DNA of 41,486 nt from Archaeoglobus sp. JdFR-37. Its GTDB lineage: Archaea > Halobacteriota > Archaeoglobi > Archaeoglobales > Archaeoglobaceae. Each line of letters starts with the position of its first letter. Positions within the stretch are counted from its first letter, which is position 1. Position numbers and translations under genes: made by a program. The notes beneath the pieces are model-generated. The model did no database searches, was not told where the DNA came from, and was given only the letters and a program-made list of their open reading frames with translations. This document shows positions 11,834 through 21,229 of this stretch, piece by piece. The DNA lies in contig MTMY01000034.1 of NCBI GenBank assembly GCA_002010215.1, forward strand, positions 1 to 41,486, given 5' to 3'.

Positions 11834-13015
11834 ATGAAAATCTGGCTGGTTGGTGCTTATGGTATAGTGTCCACAACAGCAATGGTGGGAGGTAAAGCTG
11901 TTGAAAAAGGGCTGGTGGACACTTCCGGGCTCGTTTCACAGCTTCCTCACTTTGATGGTCTGGACAAGTTCGCTCCCCTTAACTTTGAATTTGGAGGTCA
12001 TGACATCAGGGACATCCCCAACGCATATAAGGCTGCTTTAGAACACTGGGAACAGAACAGGCATTTCGAGCGCTACTATCTTGAGGAGGTTTCAGAGTAC
12101 CTAACGGCCATCAAAGCAAGTACGGGAACAGCTCTGAACTGTGGAAAGGGTGTAATAGAGGAGCTTCAGCCGATTAAAGTCCTTGAAAGTGAAGGTCTGA
12201 CACTAAGGGAGATAGCAGAAAGGCTCGAGTCTGACATTAAGAGCTTTGCGGATAGCGATACAGTGGTGATAAACACAGCATCAACCGAACCACTACCAAA
12301 CTTCAGCGACAGGTATCATGGAAGCATCGATGGGTTTGAAGCTATGCTGGATGATAATGCTAAAGAATTCGCTTCGGCCAGCATGCTTTACGCTTATGCG
12401 GCAATAAAAAATGGCCTCCCCTATGCGAACTTTACACCCAGTGTTGGTTCCAACATTCCTGCCCTGAAGCAGCTGGCTGAAGAGAAGCGCGTACCGCATG
12501 CCGGAAATGACGGTAAGACTGGAGAAACCTTGGTCAAAACCACTCTCGCCCCAATGTTCGCCTATAGAAACCTGAAGGTTCACGGTTGGATGAGCTACAA
12601 CATCCTAGGCGATTTAGATGGCAAGGTGCTGAGCCATCCTGAGAACAAGGAGAGTAAGGTGATAAGCAAGGATAAAGTCCTTGAGAAGGTATTCGGTTAC
12701 TCTCCTTTCAGTATCACCCAGATAGAGTTCTTCCCCAGCCTTGTTGACAACAAGATGGCCTTTGATTTCATCCATTTCTCAGGTTTTCTGGGAACCAGGA
12801 TGAAGTTCTACTTCATATGGGATGCCATAGATGCCATTGTGGCCGCTCCGCTCATACTGGACATCGCCAGATTCCTGCTTTTCGCAAAGAAGAAGGGGGT
12901 CAGCGGTGTTGTAAAGGAGCTGGGATTCTTCTTCAAGAGCCCTATGGAGAGTGAAATCGTGAACACTCATCAGCAGTTCCAGGAGCTTACAGCTTGGTTC
13001 CAGGAGTTGCTCTAG
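11834..13015 (+). CDS. ino1: myo-inositol-1-phosphate synthase
   Basis: KIWLVGAYGIVSTT, NTASTE, GNDGKTGETLVK, YNILGD.DG, DAIVAAPLILD, FFFKSP; ATG 11834 after GGTGAT. Confidence 0.95.
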   Translation: MKIWLVGAYGIVSTTAMVGGKAVEKGLVDTSGLVSQLPHFDGLDKFAPLNFEFGGHDIRDIPNAYKAALEHWEQNRHFERYYLEEVSEYLTAIKASTGTALNCGKGVIEELQPIKVLESEGLTLREIAERLESDIKSFADSDTVVINTASTEPLPNFSDRYHGSIDGFEAMLDDNAKEFASASMLYAYAAIKNGLPYANFTPSVGSNIPALKQLAEEKRVPHAGNDGKTGETLVKTTLAPMFAYRNLKVHGWMSYNILGDLDGKVLSHPENKESKVISKDKVLEKVFGYSPFSITQIEFFPSLVDNKMAFDFIHFSGFLGTRMKFYFIWDAIDAIVAAPLILDIARFLLFAKKKGVSGVVKELGFFFKSPMESEIVNTHQQFQELTAWFQELL

Positions 13016-13203
13016 TCCCTTTTCTTTTTGTGGGCTTTGGTTTACCGGGATCTTTATGTCAGGGCTTCATTAGAAGAAATTCAGAGTGTGGCTTTTTTCT
13101 CTCAATAGAAGGTTCGTTTGTTTTTGGGATGTTAACGACTTTTGTGGCTTCTTACAACCACGACATATGAAAATGTTTTTAGGACTGCGGTGAAAAGGGA
13201 CAA

Positions 13204-13725
13204 ATGGACGGAATGAAAAAGGCAATAGTCATTTACGACTCAAAATTTGGCAATACAGAAAAAATAGCTAGGGCATTGAGACAGGGTATGAAAAAGCAAG
13301 GGATCAAGGTTGACTGTGTCAAAGTTGATGGAGTCGATGTCAATAAGCTGGTTGAATATGATTTCTTGGCAATCGGCGGCCCAACACACAGGCGCAGCGT
13401 ATCGGAATCCATGAAATTCTTTCTTGGGAAATTGAGTAGTGTGGATTTAAAAGGGAAGAAAGTTTTCGCCTTTGACACTAAAAGAAGGCATTGGCTTGCT
13501 GGAAGCGCAGCAAAGTCCATCGAAAAGGAGCTGCGTAGAATGGATCTGAAGATAATAAAACGGTACTCGTCCGCAATAATCTTCGAGGAAGAAAAAGGAG
13601 AGAGGCGTGAGTCTGAAACCAAGGAGGAATGGAAAGAGAGGTGGCGCAGAAGTGCGAGACTTCAGGAAGGTATGGAAGAGATGTTTGAACAAATTGGGGT
13701 CGAAATTGCAAAATCAATTCGGTGA
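13204..13725 (+). CDS. flavodoxin-like protein
   Basis: IYDSKFGNTEKIA FMN-phosphate loop, GGPTH, AFDT. Confidence 0.85.
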   Translation: MDGMKKAIVIYDSKFGNTEKIARALRQGMKKQGIKVDCVKVDGVDVNKLVEYDFLAIGGPTHRRSVSESMKFFLGKLSSVDLKGKKVFAFDTKRRHWLAGSAAKSIEKELRRMDLKIIKRYSSAIIFEEEKGERRESETKEEWKERWRRSARLQEGMEEMFEQIGVEIAKSIR

Positions 13726-13788
13726 AGAGCTCTGTACTGCAAATGTTAAATGAAATGCTTCATGAAGGGTTGTTCGAAATGACATTAA

Positions 13789-13989
13789 ATGACATTAAAA
13801 CGGTTCACGCTCAGTCAAAAGACTCTGCTGGTTGCGCCAGTTGCCATACCCGTCAGCATGTTATCGGTCTTTTCCTGGTTTGCCAAGCTACTTGGGCCTG
13901 AAGCAGGTTATCTCGCACTCAAATGGGGCTGGGTTGCGCGGCGCACAAACTCTATAATTATTTACAACTCTCTCGTATGTTCTAACTGA
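13789..13989 (+). pseudogene. probable internally deleted membrane-protein remnant (CPBP/Abi protease-like ends)
   Basis: Hydrophobic N-terminal segment joined directly to WGWVARRTNSI, resembling the last helix of CPBP proteins; no catalytic EExxxR. Start region tandemly duplicated (AAATGACATT x2). Confidence 0.35.
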
Positions 13990-14068
13990 CTTTCTAGGGC
14001 TGGTGCATTATATATTTGAGCGGATAAGCAATTTATTTCGCAGCACTTCATCTAACGGGTCCAATTTT

Positions 14069-14451
14069 TCATTTCAACCCTCTCTTCGACAAATAGAACT
14101 TCAAAAATATCCACGAGTAAAGTGCACCAAGCATAACTATCTCATAATCTTCTTTCAGACCTATTCTGAATGGTTTGAAAAATTGCATGAAGAAAATGTG
14201 GCAGATAGCAAAAACAAAGTTATCCAGAAAGCGTAACAACTTGCTCTCTCATTTATTCTTTTTTATTTTTTGAACAAAGATTTCCTTCTCTGGTTTTCTC
14301 GTGCAATACAGGTTTGAAATGAATAGAATAACTCCTCCCAAAATTAATCCTACTGCTAAAGGATAAATATTAAGCAATTTGAAAAGAAGGCCCATCAGAA
14401 TCATCGATATGCTGGGATAAAACCTAGCTATTTTAGTTCCTTTTACTCCAT
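14069..14451 (-). pseudogene. frameshifted DUF2178-like small membrane protein gene
   Basis: Pieces in different frames: ME*KELK*LGFI / ISMILMGLLFKLLNIYPLAVGLILGGVILFISNLY..KPEKEIFV / KRINERASCYAFWITLFLLS / IVMLGALYSWIFLKFYLSKRGLK*. Confidence 0.55.
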
Positions 14452-14623
14452 TTTCCCCGTTTCCCCCACCTAATCAAGCTTTAGTCCCTGATGCAACATG
14501 TATCTAAGTGTCCAACCTCTTAAATTCATTCAGTGCTATTAAAGTTGTGTTAGTCAGCGCAATTCTCCGGTAACCTCTTTTATCCGCAAAACCTGATATA
14601 TGAATAGGTGAAGATGTGGTAAC

Positions 14624-15109
14624 ATGAGAAGAACAAGGGTAATCCTAAAAGCAAAGGGCAAAAACAGCCTTCAATTCTGGACAAACATAAAGCACCCGTT
14701 GAGGGTCGCTTTAAACTATGTTGTGGTTGCTACATGCAGAATTCTACCGTCTCTTTCCGCCAAAAACTGGCTTTACAGGCGAATTGGGGTTAAGGTGGGA
14801 AAGAATGTCTCTTTTGGGCTTGAATCAACTGTGGATGTATTCTTTCCCGAGCTCATAGAGATTGGAGATAATTCCATAATTGGATACAATACTGTTCTCC
14901 TTGCCCATGAGTTCTTGGTGGATGAGTGCAGAGTTGGAGAGGTGAAGATAGGGAAGAACGTTGTGATTGGAGCGAACTGCACTGTTCTTCCTGGCGTGGA
15001 AATTGGAGACAACTCTATAATATCTGCCCACAGCCTTGTGAACAGAGATGTGCCGCCAAATGTTCTTGCAGGAGGAGTACCTGTCAAAGTTATAAAAAAG
15101 CTCGATTGA
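14624..15109 (+). CDS. hexapeptide-repeat (left-handed beta-helix) acyltransferase
   Basis: IEIGDNSIIG, VKIGKNVVIGANCTVLPGVEIGDNS, DVPPNVLAGGVP. Confidence 0.88.
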   Translation: MRRTRVILKAKGKNSLQFWTNIKHPLRVALNYVVVATCRILPSLSAKNWLYRRIGVKVGKNVSFGLESTVDVFFPELIEIGDNSIIGYNTVLLAHEFLVDECRVGEVKIGKNVVIGANCTVLPGVEIGDNSIISAHSLVNRDVPPNVLAGGVPVKVIKKLD

Positions 15110-15139
15110 TTTTTATATCTCGCATTCAGGCTATTCTGC

Positions 15140-16372
15140 ATGAAAAAGGTGCTTATGATTGTTATTGATGGTGCTGCTGATAGGAGCGTTAATGGAAAGA
15201 CTCCGTTGAGTGTTGCGGATAAACCCAATCTTGATGAGATTGCAAGAAGGGGAATAAATGGGATAATGGACACAATCGCGCCAGGAATAAGGCCAGGTAG
15301 TGATACTGCCCATTTAGCTCTACTCGGCTACAACCCCTTTGAGTATTATACGGGTAGGGGCCCCATTGAAGCAGCGGGGGCAGGAATAGAGGTAAAGCCA
15401 GGTGATGTGGCATTCAGAGTAAATTTCGGGACAGTGGAAGGGGAAGGAAGTATTTTTAATAAGGTTGTTGTTGATCGAAGGGCTGGGAGAGTTAGTGATA
15501 CAGAAGACCTCATCAGAGCAATAAATGAAAGTGTGAAGCTGGATGTTGATTTTGTCCTTGCGAAGGGAAGTGGGCACAGAGCTGCCTTGGTTCTGAGAGG
15601 AGAGAATCTTTCAGATAAGATAAGCGATACAGATCCAAAAAAGATTGGGAAAAAGGTTAAGAGGTGCGTGCCACTTGATGAAAGTGAGGATGCAAAGAGA
15701 ACTGCTGAGATAATCAACGACTTCATGGAACAGTCTCACAAGATTCTTGATGCTCACCCATTCAACAAGGAGAGAGCTGAAAAAGGGCTATTGAAGGCCA
15801 ACGCCCTCCTGCTAAGAGGAGCTGGCGAAGTTCCTGAAGTTCCGAAGTTTCAGGACAGATATGGGATGAGTCTTGCAGTTGTTGCGGGCACAACTCTCAT
15901 AAAGGGTATCGGGAAGTTTCTTGGTGGAGACGTCATAGATGTTGAGGGCGCTTCTGGAGCGGCAGATACTAATATGGACGCTAAGGTCGATGCTGCACTG
16001 AAGGCTCTGAACAGCCACGACTTCGTTCTTCTTCACTTCAAAGCTGCAGATGAGCTTGGACACGATGGTAATTTTGAGGGTAAAAGAGAATTCATAGAGA
16101 GGCTTGATACAGCTATAAGGCCCATTTTGTATCTGGACTTTTCGGAAATCTGCCTCATTGTGGTGTCTGATCATACAACTCCAGTGAGTGTCAAGGAACA
16201 TACGGCTGATCCTGTCCCCGTCACGATAGTCTACGATGGCGTAAGGGTGGACGAGGTCACGTCCTTCAACGAATTCCAAGCTTACAAGGGGGGACTCTGC
16301 AGGATAAGAGGTGCAGATTTGATTAACATTGTATTGGATCTCATTGACCTGACCTCCAAGTTCGGTGCATAA
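15140..16372 (+). CDS. apgM: 2,3-bisphosphoglycerate-independent phosphoglycerate mutase (archaeal type)
   Basis: VIDGAADR, GKTPL, PGSDTAHL, GRGPIEAAG, DELGHDG, SDHTTP, HTADPVP. Confidence 0.95.
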   Translation: MKKVLMIVIDGAADRSVNGKTPLSVADKPNLDEIARRGINGIMDTIAPGIRPGSDTAHLALLGYNPFEYYTGRGPIEAAGAGIEVKPGDVAFRVNFGTVEGEGSIFNKVVVDRRAGRVSDTEDLIRAINESVKLDVDFVLAKGSGHRAALVLRGENLSDKISDTDPKKIGKKVKRCVPLDESEDAKRTAEIINDFMEQSHKILDAHPFNKERAEKGLLKANALLLRGAGEVPEVPKFQDRYGMSLAVVAGTTLIKGIGKFLGGDVIDVEGASGAADTNMDAKVDAALKALNSHDFVLLHFKAADELGHDGNFEGKREFIERLDTAIRPILYLDFSEICLIVVSDHTTPVSVKEHTADPVPVTIVYDGVRVDEVTSFNEFQAYKGGLCRIRGADLINIVLDLIDLTSKFGA

Positions 16373-16674
16373 CTAGCGGGCCTAGCGGGTATGATACTCA
16401 GGAAGGCAGTACCGGCACCCACGAATCCGTCTTTGAAGGCATCGTACAGGATGAAGTATAGTTTATGATGTATTACATTAGTTAAGTTATATATTGTATT
16501 GTAATCATTTAATCTCTTACCTGCAGGTGACAAATTTAAATTGGAAATTGCGATATGAGCCTAATTAATCCGGAGTCTAAAATCTCAAAACCAATACATG
16601 ATTTAATTCTTGGAATCCTTGGAATAATTCAAAGATATTCAAAGATAAAAAATAAATAAGTTGGGGGATGAGAA

Positions 16675-17610
16675 ATGCCAATGCTGAACCGCCTTATAAT
16701 TCCTCCAGAGACACGCTTTGAAGAGCGCAACATTGTTGCCAGCGGAGACATAGTTGTTGGCTCAGGCACCAAGCTGGGTTTCGGCCTGATAGGAAACAGA
16801 ATCATTGTGGGAGAGAGATGTGAGATAAATGGGGATGTAATTGGCGAAGAGGTACGTCTGGATGCTTGGGCGGATGTAAAGGGAGTGGTAACCAGCAAGG
16901 GTGATGCGTACATAGGAGAGTTTGCAAACATCGGCGGTAAGTTGACTGTTTTCGGTGATCTGGAAATTGGCAGAAACGTCAGAATAAAGGAGGGTTTTGA
17001 GGCAAAGGGACTCATTACGATTCAGGACCCCCTTCCTGTTATAATCTTCATATTCTTCTATCTTCTGGAGCTTCTCAGGCTGGGAAGGCTTGAGGAAGCT
17101 GAAAAACTGCTGTCTGAGGTTGAAGAGCTGAAAACCCCCCTTATAATTCCGGAGAATGCAGTGGTGAATCTAGAAAGGTTAGAGGTTGATGCTGATGCAG
17201 AAATAATGGGCAGCAGAGTTCTTGGCAATCTCAAATGCAAGAATGCAGTTATTGAGAGTAGCGAGATTTTTGGAAGCGTTAGGGGGAAGGACATACTGGT
17301 GGATGGTAGCAGAGTTCATGGCGCCATTGAAGGAGACAATGTTTACATAATCAACGGAAGCGAGGTTTTTGGACATATCAAGGCCAGCAGAGTATATATG
17401 GAGGAGAAGTGCAGCGTTGAAGGTTCCATACTCGGAAAGCATGGAGTATGGATAAAGCAGATGGTGGAGATAAGCAGAGGAGAATTGATTGGTGAGGAAG
17501 AGGAAGTTAAGGAAGTTAAGGAAGTTGAATCTGGGGAAGCTGAGGAAGATGATGGAGTGGGACAGAGAGAAGTTCAGAAAGATGTTTCCCAACCTGATGC
17601 AGGAGCTTGA
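16675..17610 (+). CDS. bactofilin-like (polymer-forming cytoskeletal / halofilin-like) protein
   Basis: Two blocks of beta-helix repeats (IGGKLTVFGDLEIG, IFGSVRGKDILVDGSRVHGAIEG) split by a hydrophobic helix PLPVIIFIFFYLLELL; acidic tail. Confidence 0.72.
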   Translation: MPMLNRLIIPPETRFEERNIVASGDIVVGSGTKLGFGLIGNRIIVGERCEINGDVIGEEVRLDAWADVKGVVTSKGDAYIGEFANIGGKLTVFGDLEIGRNVRIKEGFEAKGLITIQDPLPVIIFIFFYLLELLRLGRLEEAEKLLSEVEELKTPLIIPENAVVNLERLEVDADAEIMGSRVLGNLKCKNAVIESSEIFGSVRGKDILVDGSRVHGAIEGDNVYIINGSEVFGHIKASRVYMEEKCSVEGSILGKHGVWIKQMVEISRGELIGEEEEVKEVKEVESGEAEEDDGVGQREVQKDVSQPDAGA

Positions 17611-17815
17611 GTCTGTGAAAGTTCCCACTGTCTTGGATCATCTCGAAAGGTGTGAGAACGAGGAGCAGGCTCTTGAGATAGTGGAATTTTTTGAGAGGCG
17701 TGGTGAAATAACCAAGGAATTTGCAAGCTTTTTGAAGAAAAACATCCAGCAGTACAGCTCTCTTTTTGGAACGAGAAAAGCAGGAGAATACGAAAGGAGG
17801 GGTCTTGTTGATTGA
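17549..17815 (+). CDS. DUF2095-family protein
   Basis: FRKMFPNLMQELE, PTVLDHLERCENEEQALEIVEFFERRGEITKEFA, FGTRKAGEY. Confidence 0.82.
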   Translation: MMEWDREKFRKMFPNLMQELESVKVPTVLDHLERCENEEQALEIVEFFERRGEITKEFASFLKKNIQQYSSLFGTRKAGEYERRGLVD

Positions 17816-18983
17816 GGTAGGTCTGGCGGGAAAGCCGAATGCAGGAAAGTCCACTTTCTTCAAGGCTGCCACCCTAGCAGATGTTGAGATTGCAAGTTAT
17901 CCATTCACAACCATCGAGCCGAATGTTGGTGTTGCACATGTGAGGGTTGATTGCGTCTGCAGAGAATTTGAGCTGGAATGTGGAAATTGCATTGATGGGG
18001 TCCGCTTCATCCCCATCAAGCTGATAGATGTTGCAGGGCTTGTTCCCGACGCCCATAAGGGGAGGGGTCTGGGCAATGCTTTCCTCGACGCTTTAAGGCA
18101 GAGTGAAGCAGTAATACATATTGTGGATGCCAGCGGCTCCACGGATGTTGAGGGGAATGAGATAGGCGTTGGCGAAAGAGATCCTGTGGAGGACGTGAAA
18201 TTTCTGAACCATGAGCTGGATATGTGGATTTTCGGCATACTGCATAGAAGCTGGGAGAGGAACTTGAGAAGGATACAGATGGAAAAGAGAGACGCAACAA
18301 AATTTATGGCAGAGCAGCTTGCCGGACTGGGCTTTACAGAGAGGCAGATAAAGGATGCCATAAGGGCGGTTGGCAAGACCATTTTTGAGTTCAACGATGA
18401 AGATCTCCTTAAATTTGCAATTGAGCTTAGAAGGCGAAGGATGCAGATGGTTATTGCTGCCAACAAGGCTGATAAGGCGCCTGATGAGCTGGTTGAGAAA
18501 CTGATGTCTGCTGAGGACTCTGATGGGGCTGTTGTGCCAACATCTGCAATGTATGAGCTCGCTCTAAGAACCGCTGCCGAGAATGGCTATATAAGGTACC
18601 TGCCCGGCGACACCGATTTTGAGATACTGAAGGAGCTCAATGAGAAGCAGAAAAAGGCCCTTGAAATGATAAGGGAGTTTATGCAGAAATATGGCGGAAC
18701 GGGAGTTCAGAAAGCCATAAACAGTGTTGTGTTTGATCTTCTTGACTATATAGTCGTGTACCCGGTGGAAGATGAAAACAAACTCACAGACACAAAGGGA
18801 AATATTTTGCCGGACGCGATGCTGGTGAAAAAAGGTACAACTGCAAGAGAGCTGGCCTACATGATTCATACAGATATCGGAAAACATTTCATTTATGCTG
18901 TGGATGTCAGGAAGAAGATGAGGGTAGGCGAAGATTATGAATTGAAACATAATGATGTGATAAAAATCGTATCAAGTGCCTGA
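17808..18983 (+). CDS. ychF: Obg-family translation-associated GTPase/ATPase, archaeal YchF
   Basis: GKPNAGKST, YPFTTIEPN, DVAGLV, NKAD, C-terminal TGS domain; probable TTG start after GGAGG. Confidence 0.92.
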   Translation: MIEVGLAGKPNAGKSTFFKAATLADVEIASYPFTTIEPNVGVAHVRVDCVCREFELECGNCIDGVRFIPIKLIDVAGLVPDAHKGRGLGNAFLDALRQSEAVIHIVDASGSTDVEGNEIGVGERDPVEDVKFLNHELDMWIFGILHRSWERNLRRIQMEKRDATKFMAEQLAGLGFTERQIKDAIRAVGKTIFEFNDEDLLKFAIELRRRRMQMVIAANKADKAPDELVEKLMSAEDSDGAVVPTSAMYELALRTAAENGYIRYLPGDTDFEILKELNEKQKKALEMIREFMQKYGGTGVQKAINSVVFDLLDYIVVYPVEDENKLTDTKGNILPDAMLVKKGTTARELAYMIHTDIGKHFIYAVDVRKKMRVGEDYELKHNDVIKIVSSA

Positions 18984-19045
18984 ATAAGATTTATCTGCCA
19001 TTATGCTCCCATAACCCTTTTATTCAACTCCAAAGGCCTTTTTAC

Positions 19046-19468
19046 ATGGGGGACCTCAAGTATAATGTTCTCAACAGAATCTATGAAGCAATTGTATTTT
19101 TCATGGCTATCATAATGGTATTCCTCCTCATCGGAAGTGTCACATCTATAGTAAAGCAAATTCCGTCAGTTCTGATTTCGGGTGATAAGCAGATTTTTGA
19201 TTCCCTCGTTACCGAAGTCCTGACTTTTTTCGTCCTGATAGAAATCATAAGGGCATTTACTGAATATCTTGAATTCAAAAGAGTAAGGCTGTATATAATG
19301 GCAGAAGTTGCTGCAATCTTCATTCTAAGAGAATTACTGATAATACTATATGCCCACAACTTCCAGTGGGAGAATCTCATTGCCTTCTCCATTTTGCTGC
19401 TTTCTGTGGTTACAGTTAGAACAATATCTTTGATGTACAGTCCACAGAGAGAGAAGAGGAGAGGTTAG
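19046..19468 (+). CDS. PsiE-family (phosphate-starvation-inducible E) membrane protein
   Basis: Four TM helices, FVLIEIIRAF..Y, FILRELLI. Confidence 0.75.
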   Translation: MGDLKYNVLNRIYEAIVFFMAIIMVFLLIGSVTSIVKQIPSVLISGDKQIFDSLVTEVLTFFVLIEIIRAFTEYLEFKRVRLYIMAEVAAIFILRELLIILYAHNFQWENLIAFSILLLSVVTVRTISLMYSPQREKRRG

Positions 19469-19533
19469 CTTTACCTCAACTCCTTCAATCCTATCGCAAG
19501 GGTTATATTTTCATTGTGATTATTCCTCTTCAC

Positions 19534-19670
19534 GGGGTCGTGGCGTAGCCAGGAAGCGCGGCGGGCTCCAGCGGTGATGATGATAAACGGGTCTGCTGAG
19601 CAGTGATGACCCGTTGGAGCGCTGACCCGAAGAGACCCGCCAGTCGTGGGTTCAAATCCCACCGGCCCCA
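19534..19670 (+). tRNA. tRNA-Trp(CCA) with a 63-nt intron at position 37/38
   Basis: Acceptor GGGGTCG/CGGCCCC-A, anticodon stem GCGGG-CTCCAG...A-CCCGC, T arm GTGGGTTCAAATCCCAC; intron 19572-19634. Confidence 0.95.
19572..19634 (+). ncRNA. intron-encoded box C/D guide RNA for 2'-O-methylation of tRNA-Trp C34 and C39
   Basis: Box C TGATGA, D' CTGA (19596-99), C' GTGATGA (19603-09), D CTGA (19622-25). Guides CGGGTCTG and CCGTTGGAGC pair with the anticodon arm; the +5 rule gives positions 39 and 34. Confidence 0.9.
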
Positions 19671-19760
19671 TTTTATTATGGATATGGATTAAATTCTTAA
19701 GTAAAATCTTCAGAATGCTTTAGAACACAAACCGAAAGAACAATCTAAGAGACTAGTTCA

Positions 19761-19790
19761 CGAAATCCTGTTAAATTCGAAATCCTGTTA
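19761..19790. repeat. 13-bp perfect direct repeat
   Basis: CGAAATCCTGTTA-AATT-CGAAATCCTGTTA. Confidence 0.8.
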
Positions 19791-19805
19791 GAATAAATGA
19801 AACTC

Positions 19806-20561
19806 CTAAAAGTTCTTAATTGCTTCCCTTAACCTCTCTTGAGCCTCATCACTGAACCAGAAATCAACGAACGTTACCAGTTCTTCCTCGAAATTCCTCA
19901 GGAATTCATTGCTTATTTCTCTTGTTCGATTCTCTTTGAGGACTGCGAATGCTTTGTTTGGTAGCTTCCCAATTTCTCCAACTTTTTCGATGGACCTTTG
20001 CAAAACTTCATCAGCCGGGAATACTCCATCTACTAATTTCATTTCAAGGGCTTTTTCAGGCAGATAAAACTCCCCAGTGTACAGGATTTCAGTGGCAGCT
20101 CTGTCTCCGACAATCTGTCTCAGAGTCCGATCAGCGAAGTAAGGGATTGGTAGCCCCAATTTTATTTCGTTGAGTCCTATGAGTTTTCTGCCCTGACTTA
20201 TATATCTGTAGTCGCAACAAAGTGTTAGGATACACCCTCCTGCAATTGCATGCCCTGTAATGGCTGCGATTGTGGGTTTCGGCAAAGTATAAAGGTTGAG
20301 GCAAAGCTGGTTGAAAGCGTGGTAGAATTCTAGGAATTCCCTTCTACTGAGGTTAATAAGTTCTGGAACATCAAATCCGATTGAGAAAAACTTGTCGTTG
20401 GAGCTTGTCAGCACCAGTGCCCGGAAATACTTGCTGCGACGAACTTGTTCAACTGCATTTGACAGCTCTACGGCCAACTCTATGTTAATCGCATTAGTTG
20501 TTCCACGATTGAGCTTCAGTACTGCTACATCATCTACGGGTTCAACTTGAACAAGAGTCAT
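19806..20561 (-). CDS. enoyl-CoA hydratase/isomerase (crotonase) family protein
   Basis: FFSIGFD, PKPTIAAITGHAIAGG, CDYR, GLNEIKLG; single catalytic Glu pattern suggests an isomerase type. Confidence 0.88.
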   Translation of the reverse strand: MTLVQVEPVDDVAVLKLNRGTTNAINIELAVELSNAVEQVRRSKYFRALVLTSSNDKFFSIGFDVPELINLSRREFLEFYHAFNQLCLNLYTLPKPTIAAITGHAIAGGCILTLCCDYRYISQGRKLIGLNEIKLGLPIPYFADRTLRQIVGDRAATEILYTGEFYLPEKALEMKLVDGVFPADEVLQRSIEKVGEIGKLPNKAFAVLKENRTREISNEFLRNFEEELVTFVDFWFSDEAQERLREAIKNF

Positions 20562-20688
20562 AGAATTTTAATGTTTAATAAACATATATCAAATTTTGGG
20601 CACTTAGACAAATAAATCCAGGTTAAAATCAAATCTCATGAGAAAAAGAGTATTTAAAGGAAAGAGAATAGTAAAATGTGGTGGAAAG

Positions 20689-21174
20689 ATGAGTAAAAAA
20701 TCACGTAAATCGTGGCGAGAAAAGCTAGCTGACAGCAAGGATCTTCCGAAGGTGGAAAGAATTTCTGAAAAGATGAGCAAAAGATGGGGGGCTGGGACGG
20801 TTGTTATTCCTGCTCCAAAGGAAGTAGATGAAATTATGAAGAAGGTTCCCGAAGGCAAGCTAATCACCATAAACCAGATTCGCGAGATTCTGGCAAGAAA
20901 ACATGGGGCTACAATAGGCTGCCCAATTACAACTGGGATTTTTGCTTGGATTGCAGCACATGCAGCAGAAGAGGCGGCTGCAGAAGGTGAAGAAAACATT
21001 ACTCCTTATTGGAGGACGCTGAAAGCGGGAGGAGTAATTAATGAAAAATATCCTGGGGGTGCTGAAGAGCAGAAGAAGCTTTTGGAGAAAGAGGGACACA
21101 GAGTGGTTAAGAAGGGGAAAAAGTACGTGGTTGTTGATTTTGAGAAGTATCTGGTAAATCCTCAGGAGCTTTGA
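20689..21174 (+). CDS. MGMT/ATL-like DNA-binding protein
   Basis: MKKVPEGKLITINQI, TPYWRTLKAGG, QKKLLEKEG; no PCHR cysteine; start placed at ATG 20689. Confidence 0.7.
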   Translation: MSKKSRKSWREKLADSKDLPKVERISEKMSKRWGAGTVVIPAPKEVDEIMKKVPEGKLITINQIREILARKHGATIGCPITTGIFAWIAAHAAEEAAAEGEENITPYWRTLKAGGVINEKYPGGAEEQKKLLEKEGHRVVKKGKKYVVVDFEKYLVNPQEL

Positions 21175-21229
21175 AAGAGCTGGATTCCGTATAAAATATA
21201 AGTGTTCTAGCATGAAGTAATACTCAGGT

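Noticed and set aside
14003..14236. 77-aa + strand ORF
   Set aside because: Antisense to the better-supported DUF2178-like pseudogene.
16372..16620. GC-richer stretch after apgM as an ncRNA, or the 83-aa minus-strand ORF
   Set aside because: No convincing C/D boxes or stable stems by eye; the ORF overlaps apgM antisense and has atypical composition.
19471..19671. 66-aa minus-strand ORF (and likewise 33402-33620)
   Set aside because: Spurious frames overlapping tRNA genes.
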